From the IMG/VR virus record IMGVR_UViG_3300025543_000015: a stretch of DNA of 64,000 bases, one strand, 5' to 3'. Positions within the stretch are counted from its first letter, which is position 1. Each line of letters opens with the position of its first letter. Below are positions 39,405 through 49,415 of this stretch, one piece after another. Origin of the DNA: an uncultured virus (IMG/VR IMGVR_UViG_3300025543_000015). Taxonomy: Duplodnaviria > Heunggongvirae > Uroviricota > Caudoviricetes > Crassvirales. The notes beneath the pieces were generated by a model, which saw nothing but the letters and a program-made list of their open reading frames with translations, was not told the origin of the DNA and searched no databases. The translations under genes and the position numbers were made by a program.

Positions 39405-41291
39405 TTAATGGATTTCTGCGTAGCTTCTACCAAACTGTACGTCAACATCTAAATCTCTATTTAGTTTTAACTGTTTGTTAGTGAGCTCTATAGCATCTTT
39501 TAGTAATTTTTCTGTTTCCTTTCTGAAACCTTTCTTTACTGTAAGTATTACCTCATCATGCATCTGACCTGTAAGTTGAGGTCTCTTCTGTCTGAAATTG
39601 TAAATCCACATATCAAAACAAAATACTCCCGTACCTTGATTTAATGTTGAAAACCTATCCTTATCAGTTCTTAAAGAGTACCAAAATTTACTTACAGGAT
39701 TAAATAGCCACATGCTATCTAAACACCTCTTAGTTTTTTGGTCTTCTGCAACCTTATTAACAGCCCAATTACGAACCCAATACTTCTCTACTAGGTTCTT
39801 ACCCTCCTGTACGCTCATACCTTCAACACCTCTAGCTACTGTTGCACCACCTGCACCGTATACACAAGCATAGTTTGCTGTCTTGGCTGTAGACCTCTCA
39901 CCCTTGTGGTTTTCTGTACCATCTTTATGTGCTTGAGCCTGCTCCTCTGTAAGTAAACCTGCTACAACAGCTAAATCTAAGTGAGGGTCGAAATCATCAG
40001 TTTGCATTTCCTTAACATATTCGGGGTCATATTCCCACATATAATGTTGTTTAGTCCTGTCTTCCAATGATGACATATCCGAGCCACATAATTCGTAACC
40101 CTCCGGTGCTATCAATACTCCTCTAACCTCTTCTCCATATGGCTTGTCTACAGATGGCAAATTAACCACAACTCGGTGCTTAAACCTTAATGTGTTTGTA
40201 AGCCCCTGTATCTCAGCCTTAATGTAACCACTCTCATCAGCATTCTTTAAAAACCCTTTCAGTATAGGTATCCTATGAGATAGAACTGATAAACCATCTA
40301 GTAGTTCTAAGGCAGGTTCTTTGTCAAACAATTTTTTAACAGAGTCACACAATACCTTTTCACCACCTATCTCTTTTCTAATCTGTTCAATCTTTCTAGT
40401 ACTGCCATCAGACTCCCTCTTATAGGTGAACGTCTCCGGCTTCCAACCTAAGCTGAATAGCCAATCTTTAATTTGAGACGATGAATTTGGGTTAGGTTTT
40501 GAATAGCTTGCTACATATGTTATATCCTCTTTATGAGTCTCCGGAAATCCACAAGACTCTAAAAGTTCTATCCACTTGTAACCTGCTACTGATAATGAGC
40601 CATCCTTCTTTCTAAAGGTCTTAGGCATAGAAGTTGTCTTCCATTTCTCAACCTTTGGCATAGCTAATTTAAGAGCTTCAACCTTCTCACTCTTCTCAGC
40701 TTCTAGCTTTTCAATAGTAGCTTCACACCTAGGAATATCAAGCCTCCATCCGGATGCCTCTGCTGCTCTAGCACAATCCATCTTGAACATTAAGTACTTG
40801 ACCAACCTGTTTATGTCTGATATACTATTATCGTAGAGGTTCTTTAAACTCTTCCACTGCTTATCTACAAGCATGCAGTTAATCTTAACATCCTCTTCAC
40901 ACCTGTGGGTATACTCTTCAATAGTTTGGTCTTCCCAATTGTCAATTTTCGGTTTCTGAATACCAAACTCCTCACCCCAATACTCTAAACCATGCCTCAT
41001 TCTATAAGGTTCTAAGTACCAAGATAATGCTAAAGTATCTATTAGCTCAGCTTTTATCTTAATATCTAATAACCTCTCAATGTGTGGTATATCCCAAAGA
41101 ATAATATTGTGTCCTATAAGTATGTCACAGGAAGTAAAGAATGCTCGCATCTCGTCGTAGTCGGTAGTAGACTTTAGTCTCCACCTTCCTGCAGAAAATA
41201 TAGCTGCTGACATAACCCAAATCTTTGTAGGATTTAAGCTGTCACCCTCTATATCAAATACGCATATCTTTTTACCTTCTTGTTCTCTCAT
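39405..41291 (-). CDS. polA: DNA polymerase family A (T7-like) with 3'-5' exonuclease
   Basis: FDIEGD, GHNI..WD, motif A DMSSLEDR, motif B RSTAKTANYACVYG, motif C MHDEV. Confidence 0.95.
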   Translation of the reverse strand: MREQEGKKICVFDIEGDSLNPTKIWVMSAAIFSAGRWRLKSTTDYDEMRAFFTSCDILIGHNIILWDIPHIERLLDIKIKAELIDTLALSWYLEPYRMRHGLEYWGEEFGIQKPKIDNWEDQTIEEYTHRCEEDVKINCMLVDKQWKSLKNLYDNSISDINRLVKYLMFKMDCARAAEASGWRLDIPRCEATIEKLEAEKSEKVEALKLAMPKVEKWKTTSMPKTFRKKDGSLSVAGYKWIELLESCGFPETHKEDITYVASYSKPNPNSSSQIKDWLFSLGWKPETFTYKRESDGSTRKIEQIRKEIGGEKVLCDSVKKLFDKEPALELLDGLSVLSHRIPILKGFLKNADESGYIKAEIQGLTNTLRFKHRVVVNLPSVDKPYGEEVRGVLIAPEGYELCGSDMSSLEDRTKQHYMWEYDPEYVKEMQTDDFDPHLDLAVVAGLLTEEQAQAHKDGTENHKGERSTAKTANYACVYGAGGATVARGVEGMSVQEGKNLVEKYWVRNWAVNKVAEDQKTKRCLDSMWLFNPVSKFWYSLRTDKDRFSTLNQGTGVFCFDMWIYNFRQKRPQLTGQMHDEVILTVKKGFRKETEKLLKDAIELTNKQLKLNRDLDVDVQFGRSYAEIH

Positions 41292-41307
41292 TTAATTTAA
41301 TTTAAAA

Positions 41308-41401
41308 ACCACAGGCTTCGGGTCTTTCAAGGTTACTGCAATTACAAGAGGTTAACCTTTACCTATATCTTGTTTTTGAGGCAGATTCACTCACCTGTGG
41401 T
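41308..41401 (-). ncRNA. candidate structured RNA in the polA 5' region
   Basis: ACCACAGG/CCTGTGGT closing stem, inner ACAAGA/TCTTGT stem, possible 7-bp pseudoknot AAGGTTA/TAACCTT. Confidence 0.45.
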
Positions 41402-41408
41402 ATATTAT

Positions 41409-42983
41409 CTACTCAGTATCCGAGTTCACTATCGTACATTCAGTCATTAAGACTAAAGCAGCTACAGATGCAGCATTTTCTAGTGCTACTCTTGTTACCT
41501 TCTTAGGGTCTATAATACCCTTATCTATCATTTCACAATATTGACCTGCTTTAACATCGTACCCGTAGCCTTTATCTAGCTTATCAATACTACCAATAAC
41601 GAAGACTACATCTTGACCTGCATTTGTAAGGATTACTTCTAATGGTTTTTTAATAGCTTGTATAACTATATTGTAACCTGCTTGAATATCCTTATTAGTT
41701 GAGAATACAGACTCTAAGAGAGGTATGCAATTATACAATGCAATACCACCTCCGGCAATAATTCCCTCCTCTATAGCAGCTCTAGTAGCTCCTAGTGCAT
41801 CATCTATACGGTCTTTCTTCTCCTTCATCTCAAGCTCTGAGTTTGCACCCACATATAACACTGCTACACCACCCGATATTAGAGCTAACCTAGATTTTGT
41901 TTCATCTACATCAAACTTACTGTCTGCAGTCGCAATTTGCGACCTCAAGGTTTCTTTAAGGCTTTCTACAGCATCTTTGTCTCCATGACCCCCAATAAAT
42001 GTTGTTGAGTCTTTGGTTAACATAACTTTGTCACATGAACCAAACATCTCCGATGTAAATTGGTCAAACGTTAAGCCTTTAGCTTCTGATACAGATGTAC
42101 CACCTGTAATGGTTGCTATGTCATCCAAGGTGTAGTTTCTTTTTTCACCTAGGAACGGTGCTTTAATAGCTGCACACTTCCATCCACCTCTTACTTTGTT
42201 TATAACTAACGTTGCAATAGACTCTCCGGATATTTCACCACCTATAACAAGTAATGCCTTATTCTCCGGCACTGTCTGTAGAATAGGTAGTATATCATTA
42301 ATGGTATCAATTTTATTTGGTGTAATAAAAATCAATGGGTTCTCTAATGTAGCTGTTCCATCCTCTTCTGTAGCAAAACCTGCAGAGAGCATACCTCTAT
42401 GTACCTTAAGACCTTCTACAACATCCACGTAGGTGTCGAAAGTTGTTGACTCCTCTACTGTTATTGTTCCTTCTCTAGATACTTTTGATATAGCATTCTC
42501 AATAATCTCACCAAGACTATCATCATTGTTTGCAGATAAAGCTGCCACTTGTTTAATCTGTTCTTTAGTTTCAATTGGTTTGGCTTGACCTTCCAACTCT
42601 TTAACTACTAAAGTTACAGCCCCATCAATACCCCTCTTCAAGTCAATGGGATTAGAGCCTGCTTCTAAGTGCTTAACACCCGACTTAATCATTGCTTGAG
42701 CTAACACAGTGGCTGTAGTTGTTCCATCACCTGTATCTTCTACAGTCTTAGCTGAAACACTCTTCATCATCTGTGCCCCCATATTCTTCTCGGGGAAGTT
42801 AGAGAATATCTCCTTAGCTACAGAATAACCATCCTTGGTTACATGTGGTGGTCTACCTACACGTTCTATTACCACGTTCCTACCCATAGCACCCATGGTA
42901 ACAGATACTGCATCTGCTACCAAGTTTATACCTGCGATAAGTTCACCTCTTGAATCCTCTTTAAATTTTAGTCTCTTACTCAT
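41409..42983 (-). CDS. groEL: chaperonin GroEL
   Basis: VTKDGYSVAKEI, GDGTTTATVLAQ, KEKKDRIDDAL, GIIDPKKVTRVAL. Confidence 0.95.
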   Translation of the reverse strand: MSKRLKFKEDSRGELIAGINLVADAVSVTMGAMGRNVVIERVGRPPHVTKDGYSVAKEIFSNFPEKNMGAQMMKSVSAKTVEDTGDGTTTATVLAQAMIKSGVKHLEAGSNPIDLKRGIDGAVTLVVKELEGQAKPIETKEQIKQVAALSANNDDSLGEIIENAISKVSREGTITVEESTTFDTYVDVVEGLKVHRGMLSAGFATEEDGTATLENPLIFITPNKIDTINDILPILQTVPENKALLVIGGEISGESIATLVINKVRGGWKCAAIKAPFLGEKRNYTLDDIATITGGTSVSEAKGLTFDQFTSEMFGSCDKVMLTKDSTTFIGGHGDKDAVESLKETLRSQIATADSKFDVDETKSRLALISGGVAVLYVGANSELEMKEKKDRIDDALGATRAAIEEGIIAGGGIALYNCIPLLESVFSTNKDIQAGYNIVIQAIKKPLEVILTNAGQDVVFVIGSIDKLDKGYGYDVKAGQYCEMIDKGIIDPKKVTRVALENAASVAALVLMTECTIVNSDTE

Positions 42984-42984
42984 T

Positions 42985-43461
42985 CTAATTGTTTTTAATT
43001 TGATTATGTACTAAAGTTCTCCTCCTATTATACTTCCAACCTTCAAGCTCCATATAATCTCCTATGATTGGTTTTCTACTAGCTTCAATTGTTTGCTTCA
43101 CCACGCCTGCTTTTGTAAAGCTTAGAGCACCTAATTTTGTTACAACTAGCCTAGTTCCCTTCTTATTGTTCTTAGGGTTCTTTGTGGCTTTTCTAATAGC
43201 TGCCTTTCTTTCCCTACGATTTTTAAAGAAGTTAGGGTAGCTACCATTAATAGGGTTTAACACGTTACCATCCTCATTCTCAATCTTCACATAAGGGATG
43301 TTTTTCATTGTAGGAAATTTTTCATCCTCTACATTCACCTCAATAGTTTCTTCCGGAGATACTACTTCCTCATCTATTACCTCCATTAAACTTATTGCAT
43401 CATTAACTTCCTTCTCAGTAAGTTCTAGGTCTTGTTTTAATTCTTTTTTGTCTTCTTTCAT
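42985..43461 (-). CDS. hypothetical protein
   Basis: 158 aa, NRRERK motif. Confidence 0.65.
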   Translation of the reverse strand: MKEDKKELKQDLELTEKEVNDAISLMEVIDEEVVSPEETIEVNVEDEKFPTMKNIPYVKIENEDGNVLNPINGSYPNFFKNRRERKAAIRKATKNPKNNKKGTRLVVTKLGALSFTKAGVVKQTIEASRKPIIGDYMELEGWKYNRRRTLVHNQIKNN

Positions 43462-43483
43462 TTATATTAAATTTAAGTTAAAA

Positions 43484-45391
43484 TTATTTAATTGGACATC
43501 CACCTAGACCACAAGCTCCAAGCTCTTCAATATCATCCTCGTTTATTTGGATAACGTCTATTGGTCTAGTTAATGCCTTAAGGTAGTTATACTGCTCCTC
43601 GGTAATATCCTCATAAGGTAGCTGCTTGAAACCCGAAGCACCCATTTTTAACAGAAAGCTTAAGGATTTAAAGTTATCCTTAAAGTTTTCCTCTAGGTAC
43701 TTCTTGATTGCAGGTAACTCCTCTTTAGTGTAATATGCTGTAACAGATACAGAGTTGTCTGACCAATTTTTCTGCATATACTTAACCATCTCCAACTGTG
43801 TGAATACGTCAATATCCTCTGCAGTAATAGTTCCTTCCGGATAGCTACATGGAAATTCCACAACACATATTTTCTTATCTAGAGAGCCATCAAAATTCTC
43901 TTGAAACTCTACATGGTATCCATGTGACTTACAAACTTCAATCAATGGTGAGTCAGATGCTATTCTAATTCTACGTATGTAGAACCTACCTGCTGTTGCA
44001 GGATGAACACCTGCTGTAACCCCTGCCAATAATGATAGTGTACCACTTGGCTTTACCGTAGTAAGCTTAATAGACACAGGGAAACCATTATCCCTAGAGT
44101 AAGCTTCATCATAACTTCTAAGATACTCATAACACGGACTTAACCAACTTAGCTGCTCCGGTGTTGACATCATTATACCTGTCATACCTATACCCATTCT
44201 CATGTTCTTATGAACAATCTCTTCCGTAGTCTTTTGGTGACACTTAAGTGCTAATGAGTGCTTAGCTACCTTGTACAATGTTGTAACTACACTAACTAAC
44301 TCATCATAGCTTTCTATGTTAGGTAAGTAAACCTCAGCTAAACAACATGTCTCCCTGTTTGCTAGACCCTGCTCTGCACAAGGATTATAACCTTCTACAT
44401 CGGGGTCGGGATAATTTACATCTCCTAATCTACCAATCGTTTTTGATAGAGGTATGTTAACTAGACCATAAGGCTCTCCCTGCTCGTATGTATCCCAAAA
44501 CTCTTGTGGTAGTAGCTTTGCATCAGGACAGTCTACAGAGTTATTACTCATAGCCCTCCAATTTGGTACAGAGCCCAAATCCCATCTCTTAGCTTTCAAG
44601 TACTCAAGGTCATCATAATCACCTATAGCAATTTGTGCTGAACGTCTTATGTTCCCTGCTACAACAATGCTACCTATAATGTTCATGATGTCTAAGCAAT
44701 CAATAGGTTTTAACTGCTTACCTCTTCTAGCATCTAATATACCACAGATTAATTCAATACCCTCTATAAGTATTGCAGCTCCGGAGGCTACACCACCAAA
44801 ACCTTTTATTGGTTCACCATACCCACGTATTAACTGTGTGCTGTAAGTAAACCCCTCTCCGGAATAGAAGTAAGACTTTAGAACCTTACCTAATAGCTTT
44901 ACCCAACCTTCTCTTGTGTCGGGTACAATAAAGTCTGCCTGCTTGTCATTGAACTTCTCAATCTTAATCTTCTTCCTCTGCAGCTTAGGTAGCTTGTATA
45001 CATGCTCTCTTTTAACAGAGAAACCTACGCCCGAACCTAGCATAAGCATATCCATAGCCCATGTGAAAGGTGTGATTGGTTCATCTATTACTACAAATGC
45101 ACAGTTTTGTAGAGAAGGTAAACCTAGTTGGTCTACTGTCTTCGTACCTAACTGCCACATAAATCGCCCTGCTACAGAGCCCTTCATTTCATGTCTCATC
45201 ATACGATAAAACTCTTTTTCAGCATCGTCCATCTCTAGCTTCAACTGTTTGGTAATTCCGTGCAGCTCGCGTTCCACTGTATCAGAAAAGGTTTCTTTAA
45301 CCCCCTTGCCCATATCTCTCGAATAGGTTCTAGCATAGGTGATGTTACCAAGCTCACCCCACTTTACTTGTCTCTGTTCTGTCTTAATCAT
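43484..45391 (-). CDS. nrdJ: class II (B12-dependent) ribonucleotide reductase
   Basis: YARTYSR, LQNCAF, GNIRRSA, NPCAEQ, TVKPSGT, C-terminal CxxxxC. Confidence 0.9.
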   Translation of the reverse strand: MIKTEQRQVKWGELGNITYARTYSRDMGKGVKETFSDTVERELHGITKQLKLEMDDAEKEFYRMMRHEMKGSVAGRFMWQLGTKTVDQLGLPSLQNCAFVVIDEPITPFTWAMDMLMLGSGVGFSVKREHVYKLPKLQRKKIKIEKFNDKQADFIVPDTREGWVKLLGKVLKSYFYSGEGFTYSTQLIRGYGEPIKGFGGVASGAAILIEGIELICGILDARRGKQLKPIDCLDIMNIIGSIVVAGNIRRSAQIAIGDYDDLEYLKAKRWDLGSVPNWRAMSNNSVDCPDAKLLPQEFWDTYEQGEPYGLVNIPLSKTIGRLGDVNYPDPDVEGYNPCAEQGLANRETCCLAEVYLPNIESYDELVSVVTTLYKVAKHSLALKCHQKTTEEIVHKNMRMGIGMTGIMMSTPEQLSWLSPCYEYLRSYDEAYSRDNGFPVSIKLTTVKPSGTLSLLAGVTAGVHPATAGRFYIRRIRIASDSPLIEVCKSHGYHVEFQENFDGSLDKKICVVEFPCSYPEGTITAEDIDVFTQLEMVKYMQKNWSDNSVSVTAYYTKEELPAIKKYLEENFKDNFKSLSFLLKMGASGFKQLPYEDITEEQYNYLKALTRPIDVIQINEDDIEELGACGLGGCPIK

Positions 45392-45743
45392 TTACTTGTT
45401 TTAGTTGTGTTACTTTAAGTTCTTCGTGCAGCATGCCCATTGCATTGAATAGTAGTGCACACAAATTAGTTACCTTGTCATCGTGTGTCGGAATACCTCT
45501 ATGGTTACTCCAAACGTCAAAAAAATGCCTATACATTGACTTCATATAGACATCCTTGGGTATACCCCTCTGCCAATTATCAGAGTCTCGGAGACTTCCG
45601 TCCCTCAACGTCCTGTTCTTGTGCATGTACTCAGCATACCTCTTTAGTACTGTAGGTGAAAGGAAACCCTCATAGTCTAGCTTACCTCCATCAACATCTC
45701 TGTTTGCACCTGTTTCAAATGTTCTTACTACTTTTTCACTCAT
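45384..45743 (-). CDS. dATP/dGTP diphosphohydrolase-domain (DUF5664-like) protein
   Basis: FETGANRD...K...NWQRGIP...SMYRH; start moved to MSEK because promoter 45750-45757 overlaps the first ATG. Confidence 0.65.
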   Translation of the reverse strand: MSEKVVRTFETGANRDVDGGKLDYEGFLSPTVLKRYAEYMHKNRTLRDGSLRDSDNWQRGIPKDVYMKSMYRHFFDVWSNHRGIPTHDDKVTNLCALLFNAMGMLHEELKVTQLKQVND

Positions 45744-45791
45744 AGTTTGCAAATTTACGATTAATTATCTGTTGTTACTGTTAATTGTTAG

Positions 45792-47726
45792 TTAAAATGG
45801 TGTCTTAAATTCTACATCCACCTCAACTTTCTCTTCCGGAGCATCAAATGCTTCTGCAGGTGTAACTACTTTCATTTGAGCTCTAACACCCTGTCTACTT
45901 TTGATTGCTGCATACATAGGATTATTACCTTTACTATCCCAATATCCTAAGAAACCTCCACGCTCCTCATAAATAAGCTGTGAATAGTCATCCTTGTCAT
46001 GTCTCTTACCACCTGTCTCAACCTCCTTTACCTTCTCAACTATAAACTGCATAGTTCTTTTAACCTCATGGTCTGTGTGATTTACTACCCTGTGTACTAC
46101 AAAGAAGTCATCAACACGGTAAGGAAAATCTGCCCCTCCTTGGATACTATACTTAGAAGGTGGCATTAAATAGCCATACTCATCTATATTAGTCCTTGGT
46201 GAATTAGATGATGGGTGAGCCATAATCTGTACAGCACAATAGCTTTCAGCAAATACACGAAGCTCAGACAATATTTCATTGTTGTGGCTATATGCATTAC
46301 CTCCAACCTTAAAGAAATTATACGGGTCAATCAATAGGCAATTAATACCCTCAACTTCGTATAATCTTTTACCCATCTCTATGACATCCTTAATTGAATA
46401 GTGTCTCTTGTTAGAGATGATGTGAAATGCTTCTCTAGACTCCTGCAGGTACTTCTCAAAAAGTATTGGACTCTCTTTGAAGCTATCAATACTTCTGCCC
46501 GATAAAGTCTCAACTAAACGTCTCCTAGACATCGCTGTCCTATTCTCCGGCATTACCATACCCCACTTCCAATCGTGAAGTACGTGAGATGCTGCAGCCA
46601 TGGATAGCATGAATACTGACTTACCTACCCCATCATAACCTAGACCAATGTTTAAGGAATTAGGTTTGAACCTGTAGTACTCATCAATATCTACCCACCC
46701 TGTAGATAACCCTTGACTAACCTCACCCTTACGAGCTTGGTCTAGGTAAGAGTTCTCTTCTACATCATCAGAAAGAAAAGATAGGCTCTTAAGCTGCTCT
46801 TCCCAATCTTCCTCATCTTCTTCATCCTTAGTTCTTGCATCACTCTCATCAGTGCCATGCCCTGCCTCATATAATTTAGCATACGCCACATCATACTTAC
46901 CATCACATTCAAGCTCAGCAAATATTGCGTGGTTGTTGTATGGTCTCTCCTCATCAAAATTAGTTGAAGATGAGAATACATATAGGAACTTACCACCTTT
47001 GTGATACCCTGCTGATATACCATCAGTCTTATCGGGTCTAGTTAGGTTAATCCACTCTGAGTCCTCATTGAACACTATCCACCCATGCTTCATTAAAAGC
47101 TCTATACCTATATCAATATCGTTATTGTATGTTGGAAACTTATCGAACTTCTTTCTGTCCTCTGACCTCATTCTTTTTGAGGCATCTTTGATAATTGTTT
47201 CATTCAACATCTTAGCTGATATGAATAAGCTTAAACGCTCCTCCGGACTAATGATTGGTATCTTTGAAAATGAACCTTGTATTAAGGTATACCCCTCAGA
47301 GGGATAGCACTTAATTAATCCACCTTCACCCCTAGTTTCAATAACTGCTAGACCGTCAGCATTCTTAGCTAGCTTTTTAGATGATGAAATATCCTCACAT
47401 CTATAGACCATATGGAAGCCACCGGATACAGTTCTTTGTACCACTAATTTTTTTAATAGCCTCACAGGAATTTTAGACTTGAAGATGTCCATTACTAGCT
47501 TAGGGTCTTTGGCATTCTTTAAATCAAAATCAATTGCCTCAAGACCTCCCGAAATAATACCTGTAGATACACCTATAGCATCATAGGGATAGTTCTCAAT
47601 GTCTTCCTCAGTGATGCGTATTGTATTATGGTTCTCATTTAGTGGTCTCTTCTCTCCTTTAGCTATAGGTAGTGGATTCAATCCGTGAGACATGTATTCT
47701 CTAGCTACTTCCTTTCCGTTTGTCAT
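45792..47726 (-). CDS. bifunctional primase-polymerase (Prim-Pol) fused to a DnaB-like helicase
   Basis: AIDFDLK, RTVSGGFH, IETRGEGG; Walker A GYDGVGKS, LLIDPYN, IMAHP. Confidence 0.85.
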   Translation of the reverse strand: MTNGKEVAREYMSHGLNPLPIAKGEKRPLNENHNTIRITEEDIENYPYDAIGVSTGIISGGLEAIDFDLKNAKDPKLVMDIFKSKIPVRLLKKLVVQRTVSGGFHMVYRCEDISSSKKLAKNADGLAVIETRGEGGLIKCYPSEGYTLIQGSFSKIPIISPEERLSLFISAKMLNETIIKDASKRMRSEDRKKFDKFPTYNNDIDIGIELLMKHGWIVFNEDSEWINLTRPDKTDGISAGYHKGGKFLYVFSSSTNFDEERPYNNHAIFAELECDGKYDVAYAKLYEAGHGTDESDARTKDEEDEEDWEEQLKSLSFLSDDVEENSYLDQARKGEVSQGLSTGWVDIDEYYRFKPNSLNIGLGYDGVGKSVFMLSMAAASHVLHDWKWGMVMPENRTAMSRRRLVETLSGRSIDSFKESPILFEKYLQESREAFHIISNKRHYSIKDVIEMGKRLYEVEGINCLLIDPYNFFKVGGNAYSHNNEILSELRVFAESYCAVQIMAHPSSNSPRTNIDEYGYLMPPSKYSIQGGADFPYRVDDFFVVHRVVNHTDHEVKRTMQFIVEKVKEVETGGKRHDKDDYSQLIYEERGGFLGYWDSKGNNPMYAAIKSRQGVRAQMKVVTPAEAFDAPEEKVEVDVEFKTPF

Positions 47727-47735
47727 ATATTATAA

Positions 47736-47947
47736 TTAATTATTAATCTTAATTGTGTTATTACTAAATGGGCAATACTCAGTGCCTTGCCTAGGTTTTA
47801 ACTCTTTATGTTCTCGGTTTATCTTTTCGCTTATAGCATCACGAATAAACTTGCATACATTTATATTATAACCCTCCATTTTTTAAGAGTGTTGTATTGA
47901 GTTTCTGAAATTCTTAAAACCTTTATTTTAGTGTATTTTTTTTTCAT
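47736..47947 (-). pseudogene. ribbon-helix-helix-like small gene with frameshift in an A6 run
   Basis: MKKKYTKIKVLRISETQYNTLKK, then in the -1 frame MEGYNINVCKFIRDAISEKINREHKELKPRQGTEYCPF... Confidence 0.55.
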
Positions 47948-47990
47948 AACCGTGTTTTAAAAATTCATAGCCAACCCGTTGTATGCAATT

Positions 47991-48266
47991 TTATTGCCCT
48001 TTAAGTTTACATCTAACACATTGCTCATCACAACCTTCATCTCCAACCATTTCAGAATAATGTATTTTTGCAAGGCAATAAAACTGTTCGATATCGCTTT
48101 TACAACATTGGCTATAATTAATAGCTTTTTCAGTTGCTTGGTCAAAGGCAATAAGCAAGCTGTCAGATGCAGTTCTTAAAGCTAAATTATTTTTTACGGT
48201 ATATTTGCTTATCTCATAAGCAAACTCTTCTCTAGCTTGCTTTAAATACTTTTTAAATTCTGTCAT
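47991..48266 (-). CDS. cassette-borne hypothetical protein
   Basis: 91 aa; crosses attC-like left arm (INYSQCCKS). Confidence 0.6.
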   Translation of the reverse strand: MTEFKKYLKQAREEFAYEISKYTVKNNLALRTASDSLLIAFDQATEKAINYSQCCKSDIEQFYCLAKIHYSEMVGDEGCDEQCVRCKLKGQ

Positions 48267-48317
48267 TATTTCTGTGTTTTTGGTTTATTTGCTCGCTACT
48301 AATCATAGCCTTTAATG

Positions 48318-48620
48318 TTAGCCACAATTAATTGATTCAATGTAATTATCTACTTTATCTTCTGTGGTTCTAAATTTATAGTTATCTACATTATAACAGT
48401 GGTCAACGCAATCAATTAACAGTTCACGTTGTTGGCTAATATCGGTTAACAATAATTTATTTACTAATGTTTCCGTATAATCAGCACATTCATCTACTAA
48501 ATCCATATGCGTTTCATCAGTTACTTCTTGGTTATTACCTATTATTTTATCAAAGTCTGTTATTATTTGTTTTTTATCTATCATTGTCTCTGTTTTTAAA
48601 TCCGTAAATAAACTATTCAT
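48318..48620 (-). CDS. cassette-borne hypothetical protein (start may be MIDKK)
   Basis: Crosses attC-like left arm (LLLTDISQQRELL). Confidence 0.6.
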   Translation of the reverse strand: MNSLFTDLKTETMIDKKQIITDFDKIIGNNQEVTDETHMDLVDECADYTETLVNKLLLTDISQQRELLIDCVDHCYNVDNYKFRTTEDKVDNYIESINCG

Positions 48621-48644
48621 AGCCGTAATCCGTTAGTAGCAATA

Positions 48645-48926
48645 CTACCATTGTTCTTTATCAACTACTTTAGAGTATCTATTTATGTTCCCATACAAAG
48701 CCCACCAAGTGCCTACAAATGTTATTGAAAGCTCTAGTGCATCTTTTGTAAATTCGTGCTTATACCAAGTGCATTTTCGCCATTTTCTGTACCACTTATA
48801 TTTGTTTAAGTAATAGTCAGTCCAAATGAGCTTTTTCTTAATATCCGTACTGCTACTAACAACGTTTATATCACATTGCTTTTTCTTGTCTACATTGGTT
48901 ATTTTTATTTCTCTAGGTTTTTCCAT
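48645..48926 (-). CDS. cassette-borne hypothetical protein
   Basis: Crosses attC-like left arm (CDINVVSSS). Confidence 0.6.
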   Translation of the reverse strand: MEKPREIKITNVDKKKQCDINVVSSSTDIKKKLIWTDYYLNKYKWYRKWRKCTWYKHEFTKDALELSITFVGTWWALYGNINRYSKVVDKEQW

Positions 48927-48968
48927 TTTTATTAAGTTTAATTAGCACACAACATTGTATAAACACAA

Positions 48969-49115
48969 TTAATTTTCAAGGGTTCGTGCCAATTCAATAG
49001 CAGTTTCTAATCCAATTTTCACGCCCCTCCAATAAGTATCGTTATCAACTTCAATCGGGTGTTCTTTAATTACTTTATATAATTGTTCTGTTAAATTTTT
49101 AATCAATATTTCCAT
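48969..49115 (-). CDS. small hypothetical protein (48 aa) inside an attC-like site
   Basis: MEILIKNLTEQLYKVIKEHPIEVDNDTYWRGVKIGLETAIELARTLEN; not in the ORF track. Confidence 0.55.
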   Translation of the reverse strand: MEILIKNLTEQLYKVIKEHPIEVDNDTYWRGVKIGLETAIELARTLEN

Positions 49116-49184
49116 AATCTTAAAAATTTACTGTGTTTATACTCGTAAACATTAAAACGATTTTATGATAATATGCATAAACAA

Positions 49185-49394
49185 TTATTTAAAAACTACT
49201 TCGGGTATATAATCTTGGTCATAGTCACATTCCAAGCATACCAAAATAACTTTACCATTTACTTCTTTTCCTACAAGTGGCAAATGTTGGCTATCATTCC
49301 CACAAGTTAATTCGTGCCAATTACCGTTATTTTGGTATTGTGCTATTTTACTAAGTTTTGTTTTATTATCCATCGTTTTTAAATTACTGTTCAT
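49185..49394 (-). CDS. small Zn-ribbon-like protein inside an attC-like site
   Basis: HELTCG...H...CLECDY. Confidence 0.6.
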   Translation of the reverse strand: MNSNLKTMDNKTKLSKIAQYQNNGNWHELTCGNDSQHLPLVGKEVNGKVILVCLECDYDQDYIPEVVFK

Positions 49395-49415
49395 AAACTC
49401 GTCCGTTAGGATTAA

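Noticed and set aside
39405..45391. Introns or inteins in polA, groEL, nrdJ (and terL)
   Set aside because: The ORFs are continuous, with no intein or homing endonuclease motifs seen.
45384..45743. 2-aminoadenine (Z) genome pathway
   Set aside because: No purZ-like or datZ-like gene in the window.
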